A stretch of DNA of 64,000 nucleotides from Octopus vulgaris. Lineage: Eukaryota. The notes beneath the pieces are model-generated. The model was not told the origin of the DNA, made no database searches, and saw only the letters and a program-made list of their open reading frames with translations. The stretch covers positions 43,214,001-43,278,000 of the forward strand of contig OX597815.1 in assembly GCA_951406725.2 (NCBI GenBank), read 5' to 3'. Below, piece by piece: positions 39,866 through 52,855 of this stretch. A program made the translations under genes and the position numbers. Numbering within the stretch: position 1 is the stretch's first letter; each line of letters begins with the position of its first letter.

Positions 39866-39988
39866 CATAGGTGCGTGTGAGTGAATTGAAACACACCCAT
39901 ATACACTAAATATGCACGCGTACACACAGCAAACGTGCACGCAAGTATACTGTAATATAATATCTCAGAACAAAATAACATAAGCATA

Positions 39989-40021
<33 letters not shown>

Positions 40022-41076
40022 CTCCTGAACTCGTGCACGTGTCTGTGAAAAGTGACCCGGGCCTGATTCAGCGTACGTGTGATAATTAACCCAGCTAAGT
40101 TCCCCACACTCTACTCATCTATAAAGGGGAATGGCCGGTTCTAGCATGTGCTGAGTTTCGGTTCCCATACTCTGTGTTCTTCTAGCGTTCAATCAAAGGT
40201 GCCAGTCAAACTATTATTTGCACTAAAAGCTACTACATCCACAATTACAGCGCAGACAGCCCTACTTAAATTCTCTCGTTTCCATTGACAGCGTTAATAA
40301 TTCGACGACACGAAGGAGTCTTTTCTTAAAATATTTTTTAGATTATTATTTCTTAAAATTATTCTCCCATTCCCATTTTGTCTTTCTTTTCCTTCTATTG
40401 TCATTGCTGAATTTTATAATTATCATCATTATTAAAATCACAATATTTTAACCTCCTTTTCCCCCTCACACATACCTTTTCTTCTGTTATAACAATATTT
40501 TTTAGATACACAAAAACGAAAAATGAATTTCCCAGTGTCTGTTCCCAGCCAAGCCACGTTTCTTATTTAAGATTTCCAATTTAAAAATCAAGGCAGTTAG
40601 GTTGTGTGGGAGTTAGAGAAATAGGTAGGTCGGTTAGGTGGACAGGTAGGTAAGGTAGAGGGATTAGACAGGTAGATACACTATTCAAATGATATACTCC
40701 CTCCTTACTTATTTGAATATTTTGTTTGTGGCAGGTGATCATGTGAAGTTCTTTGTCAACATGACAAATCAGCAATGCAAACTTGTAGAGACAAAGGAGA
40801 TTTTTGTTGGGCGTGTAAGATGAGAGAGGCTAAGAAATATTCTGAAATTCATCTCAGCGGCACACGCCAAGGAAAAAATTAATTTCTATGTTGTATACCA
40901 TAGCGTGTGCCTGCAATCTATCTAAAAGTCATTTCTCTCCTATCTCTTATAAATATATGCAACCCTACACGGCTTCAACACGTACACGAACTCAGTCTCA
41001 CGCTCCTGTACACGCTGAAACACACACACGCACTCGCACACACACACACATATATATATATATGCGTGTGTGTGTG

Positions 41077-41146
41077 TTAACTAATTCATCAAAATTAACT
41101 AATTCATCAAATTAACTAATTCCTCAATTAACTAATTCATCAAAAA
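41077..41146. repeat. Minisatellite (ttaactaattcatcaaa)x4
   Basis: Direct reading. Confidence 0.85.
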
Positions 41147-42117
41147 ATACACTATGTTGGATGTGACACCCTAAATGACACAAGGTGGCGGAGGCATGCA
41201 TGCATTTTTACATCTCTTTACGCTTATTCGTTTTCGATCACTTGTTCGTATGTAAATTCAGAACCATGCACATTCCCACGGACACATTCACATATATACA
41301 GGTGAACATTTTGAACTCAACGTGAGCGTGCGCATTCTGATATATATATGTATATGAGAATGTATGTGTAAGAATATATATATATGTATATATGTATTTG
41401 TGTATAAGTGTGTGGGTGTGCAATATATATATATATATATATATATGCAAGAATATACATATATATTCATTTATTCATTTATCTATTTATTTATAGTAAG
41501 GTGGTTGCATTGTCTGTATTTATGAGATCATATTGTTTTCGCATTTCTATCATTCGTGAATTCATGGGAAATTTGGTTACCCACAGATGATGAGAATTTT
41601 TGTAAACTTATTGTGGTGGTTAGTGCAAATTGAACGACTTGCGTATTTCTAAAATTTCTGTGAAAGATTAAATTTCTACGAACCAGTAGTTCTTGGAATG
41701 ACAGACTTCATATTTAAATAGATGCTTTAGGACAGACAAATAAAATAGCTTTCACAAAGCATGAAGTGAATATAAATAATTTGTAGCTGGAGGTTAGCGT
41801 TTTCGAGAATTCATTAGTTAAAATACAGATAAGACGGAAACCACAAATTTATATTATATCCTGTGGGTGAGATTAGGCAGAAGTTAACTTAAAGCTACAT
41901 TTTGCTAAATGACTTTGCCAGTATCACATGCAAAAGATTTGTTTCACGATGGCTTTCTTGGATCAATCCTGAGACAACGTGTATAGATGAGAGAGACGTG
42001 AACAAACTACCTGACGTGCATTACATGAGAAGTAAATGCACAACATAGCGTCTGTGTGAGTGTAGTGTAAGCATGTATGTGTGTGTGTGTATAAGTGAGT
42101 GTGTGATATATGATGCT

Positions 42118-42156
<39 letters not shown>

Positions 42157-42158
<2 letters not shown>

Positions 42159-42300
42159 CTTTATTGCCCACAAGGGGCTAAACATAGAGGAGACAAAAAA
42201 GGGATTAAGTCGATTACATCGACCCCAGTGCGAAACTGGTACTTTATTTATCGACCCCGAAAGGATGAAAGGCAAAGTCGACCTCGGCGGAATTTGAACT
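42157..42300 (-). mobile_element. SINE family B, 3' part
   Basis: ttctttattgcccacaagggg..gatgaaaggcaaagtcgacctcggcggaatttgaact. Confidence 0.88.
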
Positions 42301-42324
42301 ATATATATATATATATATCATGAA

Positions 42325-42605
42325 GTGAAGGCGCATGGCTCAGTTTTTAGAGTGTAGAACTTTAAAAAGTGAGGTTGTGAGTTCGATTCCCGTACCGGAC
42401 TGTGTGTTGTGTTCTTGAGCAAGTCCCTTTATTTCACATTGCTCCAGTTTACTCTGCTGTAGAAATGAGTTGCGATATCACTGGTGCCAAGCTGTATCGG
42501 TCTTTGCCTTTTCCTTGGATAACATCAGTGGTGTGGGGAGGAGAGGCTGGTACGCATGGGCGGCAATCCTACGGTCATTCATGACCGAAGGGGGTCTCTT
42601 CCTCC
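42325..42605 (+). mobile_element. SINE family D
   Basis: Matches 29387-29725; TSD tatcatgaag (42316-42325 and 42609-42618). Confidence 0.88.
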
Positions 42606-43561
42606 TATTATCATGAAGAAGAGAAAAAAAAGAAAGAAAAAACCTACAGAAAAAAATCTGTCGTTAGTTGTTCGATGGAACCCAGATCTATGGTAACTTC
42701 TTACCATACACCCATGTCAGCGTCTTTGTTACACACCTAGAACAAGTTAAGCTTTTTAAAACGTATAGATGCATAGTCAATTACACACTGCCGCCTTTAG
42801 TTGAAGCGTCAAGGTGGTTAGAAACAAAAGAAAAAAGATTATGTATGTTCATAGACAGGCATAACATTGAAAGAACACGTAGAAATAAATTTTCAGATCA
42901 ATTGGAACACTAAATTGCTAAAAGATACATATTTAATGAATATATATTCCTTCTAAAAGTACACGTCGCAAAAAAATATGTTTCTCTAATAATCACTCAA
43001 CAAGGATTATTAAAAGGATGAAAAAGGAATTAATTGCAAATAAATAAAATTGTAGATTTTCATATAGTTAAGAGTAATGAATTTTTTCTCATGGTTATCG
43101 TTTCTAAAGCACAACAAACCTTTTGACATTTTACAGAATTTAAAATGACTGCAAACCTTTTACCAGACATCATGTCTCTATCAAATGAAATAAATGTCTA
43201 TTCATGTTGCTAACCATAGCCATTTTGAGAGAGACGTGATGAACACACCGCCTGACGTGCATTGCTTGTGAGGTGAATGTACAACATAGCGTGTGTGTGA
43301 GTGCAAGTGTGTGCATGTATGTGTGTAAAACTGAGTGTGTGATATATGATATATATATTTATATATATATTATATATATATAATATTACACACACACACA
43401 TACTGATCTTTCCCTAAAGGTTTGACTGTTTTTGTATAAACTGTTCGTCATATATGTGTGCGTGTGCACATATACATATATATATATAAACATATACAGC
43501 ATGCGTATAATATATTGTGTATATGCGCATACAATATATATGTATATACATACATACACAT

Positions 43562-43600
<39 letters not shown>

Positions 43601-43715
43601 AGGATAAGATCGTTATTTAAAATACCGATCATATCAAGCGGTCAGCATGGGAATAAAAACCTGATAGGTAATAATTATTATTAAAATTATAATTAAAGGT
43701 ATCTAAAAGCTACCA

Positions 43716-43761
<46 letters not shown>

Positions 43762-43901
43762 AAAACGGTAAGATAAAGGTAAAAGAAAGAAAGAGACCAT
43801 ATATATATATATATATATCTGAGGAAATTTATCTATTACAATATGTATAATTAAAGGTATCGAGTAAAATCTACCACCATCATCGGTTATATATATATAA
43901 C

Positions 43902-43944
<43 letters not shown>

Positions 43945-43967
43945 TATATATATATGACTATATAATA

Positions 43968-44038
<71 letters not shown>

Positions 44039-44164
44039 ATGTGCATAAATATATTGTTACACATGCATACGTAAATGTATGTGTGTGTTTTCATGCATGA
44101 AAGCTTGTGTTTAATCAAGGACAAAATACCAGATTGTTCCTTTTCAAAATAAAACTATTATTAT

Positions 44165-45040
44165 TATATTACAAAGCTCAGGTTTGGTCTTATTCTTGGT
44201 AGGATTTATGTGGTACCGGGTAACTGCATGTAACTTTAGGTATCCACACATTTTCGTCAGTCTTTCAAGTGCTTAGAACCCTCTTAATAATCTTTGCTGA
44301 CCCTAAGAGGCAAACTTTCAGTTGGACCTCTACCGGGTATTCTGTTTCAATCTCCTCCAGTTATTTGTCTATATCTTGGCTTACTCCTCCCAACGCACCA
44401 GTTATTATAGGCACGACCTTTACTGTTCGCATGCTCCACAATCATCCTATATCAGATTTTAAAGGATTGTATTTTCTTTGTTTTTCTTCCACTTTCTTTA
44501 CGATCCTGGAATCAAACGGGCATGATGGGTCGATAAGCAAGCAACTTTGCTTTTCCTTATCTATGATTGTAATATCTGGTCTATTATTTGCTAACTTCTT
44601 GTCCGTTTGAAGAAGAAAGTTCCACAAAATCTTACATTTCTCCGACTGTAGCACTCTTTCGACTCGATGAATTTACCATGTTTCCTGCTTCAAATCCCTA
44701 TTTCTGGCACAAAACTGTTACAACCAGGTCGTGTCTGCATTTCTTTTTTTTTTTTTTCCTGTGCCAAGTTGTGACATTCTCTCATAATGTGTGCCATTGT
44801 CTCGTTCCAAGTTCCACAAGCTTTACATTTTTCGGACACATTCTCTTCCTATATATATTTTCTCAAGTTGTTTGTTTTAATCGCTAGATCTTGGACTGCT
44901 TCAATTAGGCTCTCTCTTTCATTTTTTAATTGCCCCTTTTTTTTAAACCAGGCCCAGGATTTTGTTCCACATACGTCTTCAGTGTCTCTCCAAAATTGAC
45001 CATGCAAAAGCTTCTCTTCGATCTGCCTGATGTCGTCCTC
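44165..45040 (-). mobile_element. R4/Dong-like LINE 3' fragment
   Basis: Minus strand LHGQF..CPKNVKLV..KILWNFLLQTDKKLANNRPDITIIDKEK..LLIDPSCPFDSRI.KK.EEK..KY..LGSAKIIKRVL. Confidence 0.85.
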
Positions 45041-45074
45041 TTCTTCTTCTTCTTCTTATTATTATTATTTTAAC

Positions 45075-45245
45075 TGAGGTTTTGTTGGAACTCCTGGAGT
45101 CTCGCATGACTAACTGGCTTGCTACCAGCAGCCTACGGTACCACGCTATTCGTTCTCTTCAAGTACCTAATATTTTCCTGCTGATTCTGGCCGTGTCATG
45201 GGGACAAAATTTTTGCAACAGCTTTAGTGGCACTCTTCCACTTCC
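45075..45245 (-). mobile_element. R4/Dong-like LINE extreme 3' end
   Basis: Reverse complement matches 50305-50466. Confidence 0.75.
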
Positions 45246-45764
45246 TTTTTATTCCTCTCAATGCAAAATGACGAAGTAAGTAACAAACTTAAACTAAGTA
45301 ATAGAGTTTATGTGATTGAGTAAACACTTTCAGAAGGTGCCGTGGTTTTAGTGCAGCCCAATGACCAAATACCGAATGCTACAATGTCGATAGAACATAA
45401 CTCGAAATTAGGAAATATTTAAAGAAAAACGGCCTTAAAAACATTTATTTACAGTTATAAGGGGAATTTATTCGAGAATCATTGTAACATACATATATAT
45501 TTTTCAAGGCAGCTTAACTTAGATCATTAATCTTAGTTCAGATGTAGGACAATGTAGCTCGAGATGCATAATCTATGTTTCACGTTAGTTGTGATCCGAG
45601 GCAGATTTATTTACTATTTCTATGAGGCCAAATGACTTTATGGATGCTTTTATACGTTAGTGTATGTGTTGATATAGAGTGCTAAAATTGTCTTTGTATT
45701 GATGTTATTTATTGTGTAGAAAGTTGATTATGATTCTTTCCTGCCAACTCCTTAATTTTTTATT

Positions 45765-46148
45765 TCTTGTTTCAGTCATTAGACTGCGGCCCTAATGGGG
45801 CACCGCCTTGATGAATTTTTAATGGAATGAATCGACCTCAGTACTTAATTTTTGTTAGGTGTAGTACATATTCTATCAGCCTCCTTTTGCTGAACCGCGA
45901 AGTTACACACCAAAACAGGTTGTGAAGCAGAGGTGGTGGACGAACACATAGACAAAGACGCGCGTGCACACACACACACACACATATACGGCAGGCTTCT
46001 TTTAGTTTCCGTCCACCAAATCCACTCACAAGGATTTGGTCGGCTCGAAGACATAGTAAAAAACACTTACCCAATATGCCACGCAGAGAGACTGAACCCG
46101 GAACCATGTGGTTAGGAAGCAAGTTTCCTACCAATCAGCCACGCCTGT
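45765..46148 (-). mobile_element. SINE family A
   Basis: ttgtttcagtcatt..accaaatccactcacaagg..ctgaacccggaaccatgtgg. Confidence 0.85.
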
Positions 46149-46388
46149 ACCTTCTTGGGACATATTTTTTTCTTATTCTTACGGTTTTCTTATCGAAAGT
46201 AATTTTGCATTTGAATGAATTGAGAAGATTTTAAGGTTTCCTGTTATAAGTGTATTGAGAAAAACATGGATATTAGGCCTATGTTACGTTTCCATAATTT
46301 TAATTTGACACGTACAATTTGATGAGTAAATAAACAGGTACTTCACTTATATGTTTTGGTAATAGATATAAAGTTAAAAGATACATAA

Positions 46389-46620
46389 GGCGGCGAGCTG
46401 GCAGAAACGTTAGCACACCAGGCGAAATGCTTTGCGGTGTTTCGTCTGCCGCTGTGTTCTGAGTTCAAATTCCGCCGAGGTCGACTTTGCCTTTCATCCT
46501 TTAGGGGTCGATAAATTAAGTACCAGTTACGCACTGGGGTCGATGTAATCGACTTAATCCGTTTATCTGTCCTTGTTTGTCCCCTCTGTGTTTAGCCCCT
46601 TGTGGGTAGTAAAGAAATAG
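46389..46620 (+). mobile_element. SINE family B, full length and young
   Basis: ggcggcgagctggcagaaacgttagc..gagttcaaattcc..; 19-bp TSD aatagatataaagttaaaa (46361-46379 and 46616-46634). Confidence 0.92.
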
Positions 46621-46669
46621 ATATAAAGTTAAAACCTATATTCGTGAAGTACATAATTTTTTTTAGGTA

Positions 46670-47020
46670 CATGCGTGGCTATGTGGTTAAGAAGCTTGCT
46701 TTGTAAACACGTGTTTCGGGTTCAGTTCTATTTCACAGCACCTTAGGCACGAATCTTCTACTTTATCCCGAGCAGACAAAAACTTGTGAGAAAATTTGGT
46801 AGACGAAAACTGTTGAAACTTGTCATATAAATATATGTGTATGTTAGTGTGTGTGTGCGTGTGTGTCAATCAGTGATGTTTGATTACATCCCTTTAGTAA
46901 AGAGACCGATAGAATAATTATCAGACTTAAGAAAATAAATTATTAGTGATTGGTTTGTTCGTCTAAAAACTTCAAGGCGGCGACCCAGCATGGTAAGAGT
47001 CCAATACTAAAATAAATAAA
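46670..47020 (+). mobile_element. SINE family A, degenerate
   Basis: gtggctatgtggttaagaagcttgct..tttggtagacg..gaccgatagaataa..ccagcatgg. Confidence 0.75.
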
Positions 47021-47257
47021 AGGGAAAAAAAATCTCCCACCGGTTATTGCAAGTTATTTATTGTATACAATTGTTTAAGCTTGTTTCATGAGCCTCTCTA
47101 TAACTCATTTTCATAACTAGTCGGCCTAAGTTTTCTGTGTATTACTTTCATCATGATTGTTTTTCTTCCTTTTCTTTTTTGCTTAATATTGTTATGGAAA
47201 TTAGAGTCAAGCTATTATGTTTGTATGTGTGTTTTAGTATTTGCCCAAGTGAACGCA

Positions 47258-47352
<95 letters not shown>

Positions 47353-47541
47353 TTTTGTACAAAGATAGCCACGCACATATTCTACTGTTCTCATTCAGTC
47401 AATAATCATTTTTTTCTTTCAATTATAAGCACAGGAGGCTAGTCGATTACATCGACTCTTGTACTAACCTGATGCTTATTTTATCGACCCCGAAAAGGAT
47501 AAAAGTCGATCTCAGCGTTTTGCCAGGCATGCTAACCCCCC

Positions 47542-47615
<74 letters not shown>

Positions 47616-47616
<1 letters not shown>

Positions 47617-48890
47617 GCTGCTGAGTTGTAATAGGATGCACCACCCAAAGGCAGACGTAGATCGCCTTTACCTTCCCAGAGCCCAAGGCCTGATCCAATT
47701 TGAACTAGCTTACAAAACAACCACAATTGGACTGGCCAAATATCTCGAAATATCGAATGACTGGATGCTAAAGCTCGTGGAAAATCACGAGAGACGAAAG
47801 AAGCTTCATTCTATCATAAAGGAAAGCAAAAAATTTGCTATTGATCTCGTGCAGGATACCCAAACTGAACAACCCGAGGGAAGTACGGCAACTATTGTTG
47901 CAAAGAAGGTGAAAATGATGGCAATGAAAAAAGCGCACGAGCAATTGGCTGATAGGTGGGAGGAGAAACCTCTGCACGGCAAATATGTGACCCGCAGCAA
48001 ACAAGCTGATGTTGACCAGAAGCAAACCCATCAGTGGCTACGGAGCTCAGGGCTAAAAGCAGAGAGCGAAGGTTTCATCCTGGCTGCTCAAGAACAAAGC
48101 CTATTAACCCGGAACTACCAGGCCAATGTGATGAAAAATGGAGCAGACCCAAAATGCCGATTCTGCAACGACATGATTGAAACAGTGGACCACCTAATCT
48201 CTGGATGTAAAGTCTTAGCACCAGTGGAGTATAAATTAAGACATGACAGAGTTGGCCAATATCTCCACTGGCTAATAAGTCGGCATTACAATATCAAAAC
48301 TGCCGACAAGTGGTATAATCACCACCCTGAGGCTGTAACTGAAGGAGAAAATGTAACCATTCTGTGGGACTTTCCAGTACATACAGACCGAACCATCAAG
48401 GCCAATAAACCAGATATTGTTGTGAAAGACCAAAACAATAAAGTTTGCTTATTGATCGACATGAGCATCCCCTGTGATCATAATATCTCAGCGAAAGAGT
48501 TTGACAAGCTCAGAAAATATAAAGACCTACTCATTGAAATTGAGAAAATGTGGCATCTCAAGGTGGTTACAATACCAGTGATCGTAGGAGCACTAGGAAT
48601 GATCAAGAAGGGAACCGAAAATTATATGAGAATGATCCCTGGCTTACCATCCCTGCAAGAAGTGCAAAAGATTGTCTTAACTGGTACATCACACGTATTG
48701 AGAAGAGCATTGACGATGTGAGAACTGTTGCTGCTCATGTATTTTAATTTAACTTAAAAAAGAAAAAAAAATGAACGATCTACTGAGTTTGGTTTAATGG
48801 CCTACCATTATATACTATGAGTTTCTTTGCCCTAGGAGTCGGGAAGACACTCGGCAAGAAATGGCAGCAAATTTGAAAGAAGAAAAAAAG
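47616..48890 (+). mobile_element. R4/Dong-clade non-LTR retrotransposon, 5'-truncated, inserted in (TAA)n
   Basis: Flanked by (TAA)n at 47542-47615 and 48891-48917; contains the ORF below plus a 3' UTR. Confidence 0.9.
47636..48721 (+). CDS. C-terminal part of an RLE-type LINE ORF (post-RT region, CCHC knuckle, PD-(D/E)xK endonuclease); TE-derived and truncated
   Basis: HPKADVDRLYLPR, KPLHGKY, AAQEQSLLTRNY, CRFC..ETVDHLISGC, RHD, KPDIVV..LIDMSIP..KLRKY. Confidence 0.85.
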   Translation: MHHPKADVDRLYLPRAQGLIQFELAYKTTTIGLAKYLEISNDWMLKLVENHERRKKLHSIIKESKKFAIDLVQDTQTEQPEGSTATIVAKKVKMMAMKKAHEQLADRWEEKPLHGKYVTRSKQADVDQKQTHQWLRSSGLKAESEGFILAAQEQSLLTRNYQANVMKNGADPKCRFCNDMIETVDHLISGCKVLAPVEYKLRHDRVGQYLHWLISRHYNIKTADKWYNHHPEAVTEGENVTILWDFPVHTDRTIKANKPDIVVKDQNNKVCLLIDMSIPCDHNISAKEFDKLRKYKDLLIEIEKMWHLKVVTIPVIVGALGMIKKGTENYMRMIPGLPSLQEVQKIVLTGTSHVLRRALTM

Positions 48891-48914
48891 TAATAATCAT
48901 AATAATAATAATAA

Positions 48915-50195
48915 TATTCTGAAAGAGAGCAAAATCACTCTTTTCTGAAAGAGAGCAAAAAAATCACTAATGATTTCTTAGATACCTACCAGATTGATCA
49001 GGTTGAAGGAAATGCGCCAACTGCTACTGCAAAGAAAATAAAATTAATTGCAAAGACAAAAGCAGGATGCTAAAACTTGTTGAAGAACATGAAAGACCGA
49101 AAAAACTTCACTCTATTCTGAAAGAGAGCAAAAAAATTCGCTACTGATTTCTTAGATACCTACCAGATTGATCAGGTAAAGGAAATGCGCCAACTGCTGC
49201 TGCAAAGAAAATAAAATTAATTACAAAGACAAAAGCACATGAAAAATTAGCTAGCAGATGGAAACAGAAACCTCTGCATGGCAAGTATGTGGCCCGTAGC
49301 AAACAAACTGATGTCGACCAGAAACACACGCACCAATGGTTACGAAGCTCAGGGCTAAAAGCAGAGAGTGAAGGTTTCCTATTAGCTGCTCAAGACCAAA
49401 GCTTATTAACCCGGAACTACCAAGCCAATGTGATAAAAAATGGAGCTGACTCAAAATGCCGATTCTGTAACGATGAGATTGAAACTATAGACCACCTAAC
49501 CTCAGGGTGTAGAGTCTTAGCACCTGTAGAATATAAAGAAAGACATGACAGAGTCGGCCAGTATTTACATTGAACAATATGTCGGCATTATAAAATCAAA
49601 ACCGCTGACAAATGGTATAACCACCATCCTGAAGCTGTGACTGAGGGAGAAAATGTGTCGATTCTCTGGGACTTTCCCGTACATACCGACAAAACTATAG
49701 AAGCTAATAAACCGGATATTATTATAAAATATCAGATAAAAAATGCGTGTTTATTAATTGACATGAGTATTCATTGCGATCACAAAATAGCGGCGAAAGA
49801 ATTTGACAAGATTAGTAAATATAAAGACTTGCTAATAGAAATTGAAAAAATGTGGCATCTCAGAGTGACTACAGTACCAGTGATTGTATTATCTCTATGA
49901 AAAATTTTAAAAAAAAAGGGTACTGAAACCTATTTGAAAATGATACCAGGCTTACCATCCCTTCAGGAAGTGCAAAAATCGTGTTAACTGGAACGACTCG
50001 TGTACTGAGACGAGCATTATCGCTGTGAAAACAACATACATTCATGAATTTATTAACTTTTTAAATACATATTTTACCTGTGGATTTGCGTGTGTAATCT
50101 GGGAATGCATACAATGAGCTTCTCTGCCCTAGGTGTACAGAAAACACTCGACGAGAAATGGAAGAAAATTTGAAGAAACAAGGAAAAAAGCAATA
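48915..50195 (+). mobile_element. Second, degenerate R4/Dong copy with a duplicated 5' fragment
   Basis: ORFs 49289-49573 and 49637-49900 are paralogous to 47636-48721, with an in-frame stop; 48935-49063 duplicates 49105-49233. Confidence 0.88.
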
Positions 50196-50202
50196 ATAAT
50201 AA

Positions 50203-50480
50203 GCCCGGCTATGGAAAATGTAGAAGGTGAAGATAGTGCCAATTATTGTTGGTTCCTTGGGAACAGTACCATTAGGCATCAAAGGGAATATTAAGGAAAT
50301 CGGAATAGAGTGCCCAGTAGAACTGTTACATAAGGTTTACCTCCTTGGCACAGTCAGAATAATCAGGAAAGTATTAGATACCTGAAAAGAATGACTAGCA
50401 TAGTACCGTAGGCTGCAGGTAGCAAACCCAATATGCATGTAAGACTCCAGAAGCTCTAACAAAACCTGTGATAAAGAGAA
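50203..50480 (+). mobile_element. Third R4-like 3' fragment (different family)
   Basis: RLWKM.KVKIVPIIVGSLGTVP..VELLHKVYLLGTVRIIRKVLDT*; TAA flanks. Confidence 0.75.
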
Positions 50481-50957
50481 ACAATAATAACAATCCTTTC
50501 TACCAAAGGCACAACGCCTGAAATTTGGAATGAGGGGATTAGTCGATTACATCGACTCCAGTACTCAACTGGTATTTATTTTATCGACAACTACAACAAC
50601 AACAATAATGATAATAATAATAATAATAATTTTCTTAATTTCTTTTATTAGCTACAGGGTCATAGATGAAGGGGCGCAATTATAACAAATTCTGACATAG
50701 GCTTAAAATCAGTAATTTTAGTGGCAGGACCTTTCTAATACATCCCCCTTGGTACTTCATTGACACTTACTTTATTAATACAGGAATTTAAAAATGGTCA
50801 AATCGAACTCAATAGGATTTGAACTCAGAACGTAATTAAATATCACAAGCTACATTAGTGTTTCATTAATACCTAGTACTAAATAAAAGAGAGACAAACA
50901 CAGAATTAAACCTGTTTGAGAATACGCACGCACACACACACACACACATACACGCAG

Positions 50958-51153
50958 CGGGAAGGGGTACTGAAAAGTTCGTGGTTTTGAGTTAAAGAAA
51001 ATAGAGGAGGATCAATTAGTTATGATTTTATTCAACATATTCCTCTTTCAGATGCACACACTTATTGCAGCGGTCCTTTAACTTTTCTAAGTCCTGTAAA
51101 AGAACGCTGAAGGTTGAGCCTTCAACCAAGCCAGGATTTTTTCTTCACCCCTC

Positions 51154-51156
<3 letters not shown>
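50958..51156. mobile_element. mariner-like MITE
   Basis: Imperfect TIRs gaaggggtactgaaaagttcgtggttt / aagccaggattttttcttcacccctcg followed by TA. Confidence 0.55.
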
Positions 51157-51203
<47 letters not shown>

Positions 51204-51899
51204 TTGATACTACTCTGATACCTTCGGTTAGTTTTTTTGCGGGATATCAGTCTCCTGAATTGAAATTGTATACCGAGACAAATGTTAACTTGACTCAATA
51301 TTGAGTGGCATTTCGTTGTTATTTACACATTAAAACACTGGTGAGAGAGAGAGGTGGGAATGAGAGAGAGAAGGAGGGAGAGAGAGATGACCTAGATAGG
51401 AAGGTTAGCTAGACAAGTATTAGCCTGTTACCAAAATGATGGTCTTTTCATCTTGCTGCTCAAGCCACCTGCCATGGTTTCTCAATTATCTTCCGTTTGT
51501 TTTCTTTTTCACTTTTTTCTTGTCCCTATTTGTTTCTTTCCCCACACAAACATAGGAACAAGCATAAGTGTAATCTAAGAGAAAGACAAAAACTTGATAT
51601 TATTACTTACAGAATAATGGTTTCTGGTTGTGGTAGAACTTTATGGGTAGGGTTTTAGTCGATACCAAAGGCCCGAGTACTTGAATGATACTTTATTTTA
51701 TCAACCTCAAAAGGACGAAAGGCAAAGTTGACCACGACAGCATTTGAACTTAGAACGTAAAATGACGGAATAAATACCGCAAAACATTTTGTTTTCGACG
51801 CTCGCCGCAAGTTATGTTATAAACTTTACAACAGGTAGCATAACTCACTTATTTTCAATTATGTTGTCTTACCGATCAGTGAACAAACACCGAAGGTGT

Positions 51900-52845
51900 C
51901 GTTTCAGCTGGCGCAATCATTAGCGCACTGGAAAAAATGCGTCGCAGCTTTTCGTCCGTCTTTACAATATGGGTTCAAATTCGATCGAGGTTGACTTTCC
52001 CTTTCATCCTTTCGAGATCAATATAAATAAGTACCAGTTGATTACTGGGGTCAATGTAATCGACTTAACCCCTCCTCCGAAATTGCTGGCATTGTACCGA
52101 AATTTGAAACCAATATTAAGATAAACATATCTACCGAGTCGACTTTGCCTTTCATCATTTCAAGATCGATTAAATAAGTACCAGTTGAATACCGGGGTCG
52201 ATGCAATCGACTTGCACCGACTCACACATCTTCTGACCTTAGGTCAAAATTTGAAATCATTATTAAGACAAACATATCCGCTGAAGTTGACTTTACCTTT
52301 CATTCTTTCGGGGTCGATAAAATAAGTACCAGTTGAGCACTGGGGTCGATGTAATTGATTTACTCCCTCTACGAAATTGCTGGACTTTTGCCAAGATTTG
52401 TAACTAATATTAAGACAGCAGAATCAATATTAAGCTAGCGGAATCGTTGGCAGGCCAAAGAAAGTGCTTATCGGCATTTCCTCCGTCTTTACGGAGTTTA
52501 AATTCCGCCGAGGACAACTTTGCCTTTTGTTCATTCGGAGTCGATAAAATAAGTACCAGTTAAGCACTGGAGTCGATGTAACCGACTTGCCATAATCCTT
52601 GAAATTGTTGGCTTTGTGCCAAATTTTGAAATCAATATACTACTAAATGCTGAAGTGGCAGAATTATTTGCATATCGGACAAAATGTTAAGTGGTGTTTC
52701 TTGTGGCTTTTAGGTTTGAGTTCAAATTTTGCCGACGTCTACTTTCCTTTCATTCTTTTGGGATCGGTTAAAATATGAACCAGTCGAGTACTGGGTTTGA
52801 TGTAATCAACTAGCCCTTACGATATCTTTGAAAATTTTAGGCCTT
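51900..52845 (+). mobile_element. Head-to-tail array of five SINE family B units
   Basis: Repeated cctttcat..tcgataaaataagtaccagtt..ctggggtcgatgtaatcgact units; units 2 and 3 lack the tRNA head. Confidence 0.85.
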
Positions 52846-52855
52846 GTATCAATTT

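Noticed and set aside
40735-40814. Possible plus-strand exon (ttgtttgtggcag..DHVKFFVNMTNQQCKLVETKEIFVGR..gtaaga)
   Set aside because: Isolated, with no recognisable homology or partner exon; compatible with chance
42705-42736. Possible minus-strand 32-nt exon (ttgttctag..gtaaga)
   Set aside because: Not phase-compatible with the 30479 microexon in an open frame, and no other support
51900-52845. Repeat-spacer-like periodicity suggestive of CRISPR
   Set aside because: Units are SINE bodies in eukaryotic DNA, with no unique spacers or cas genes
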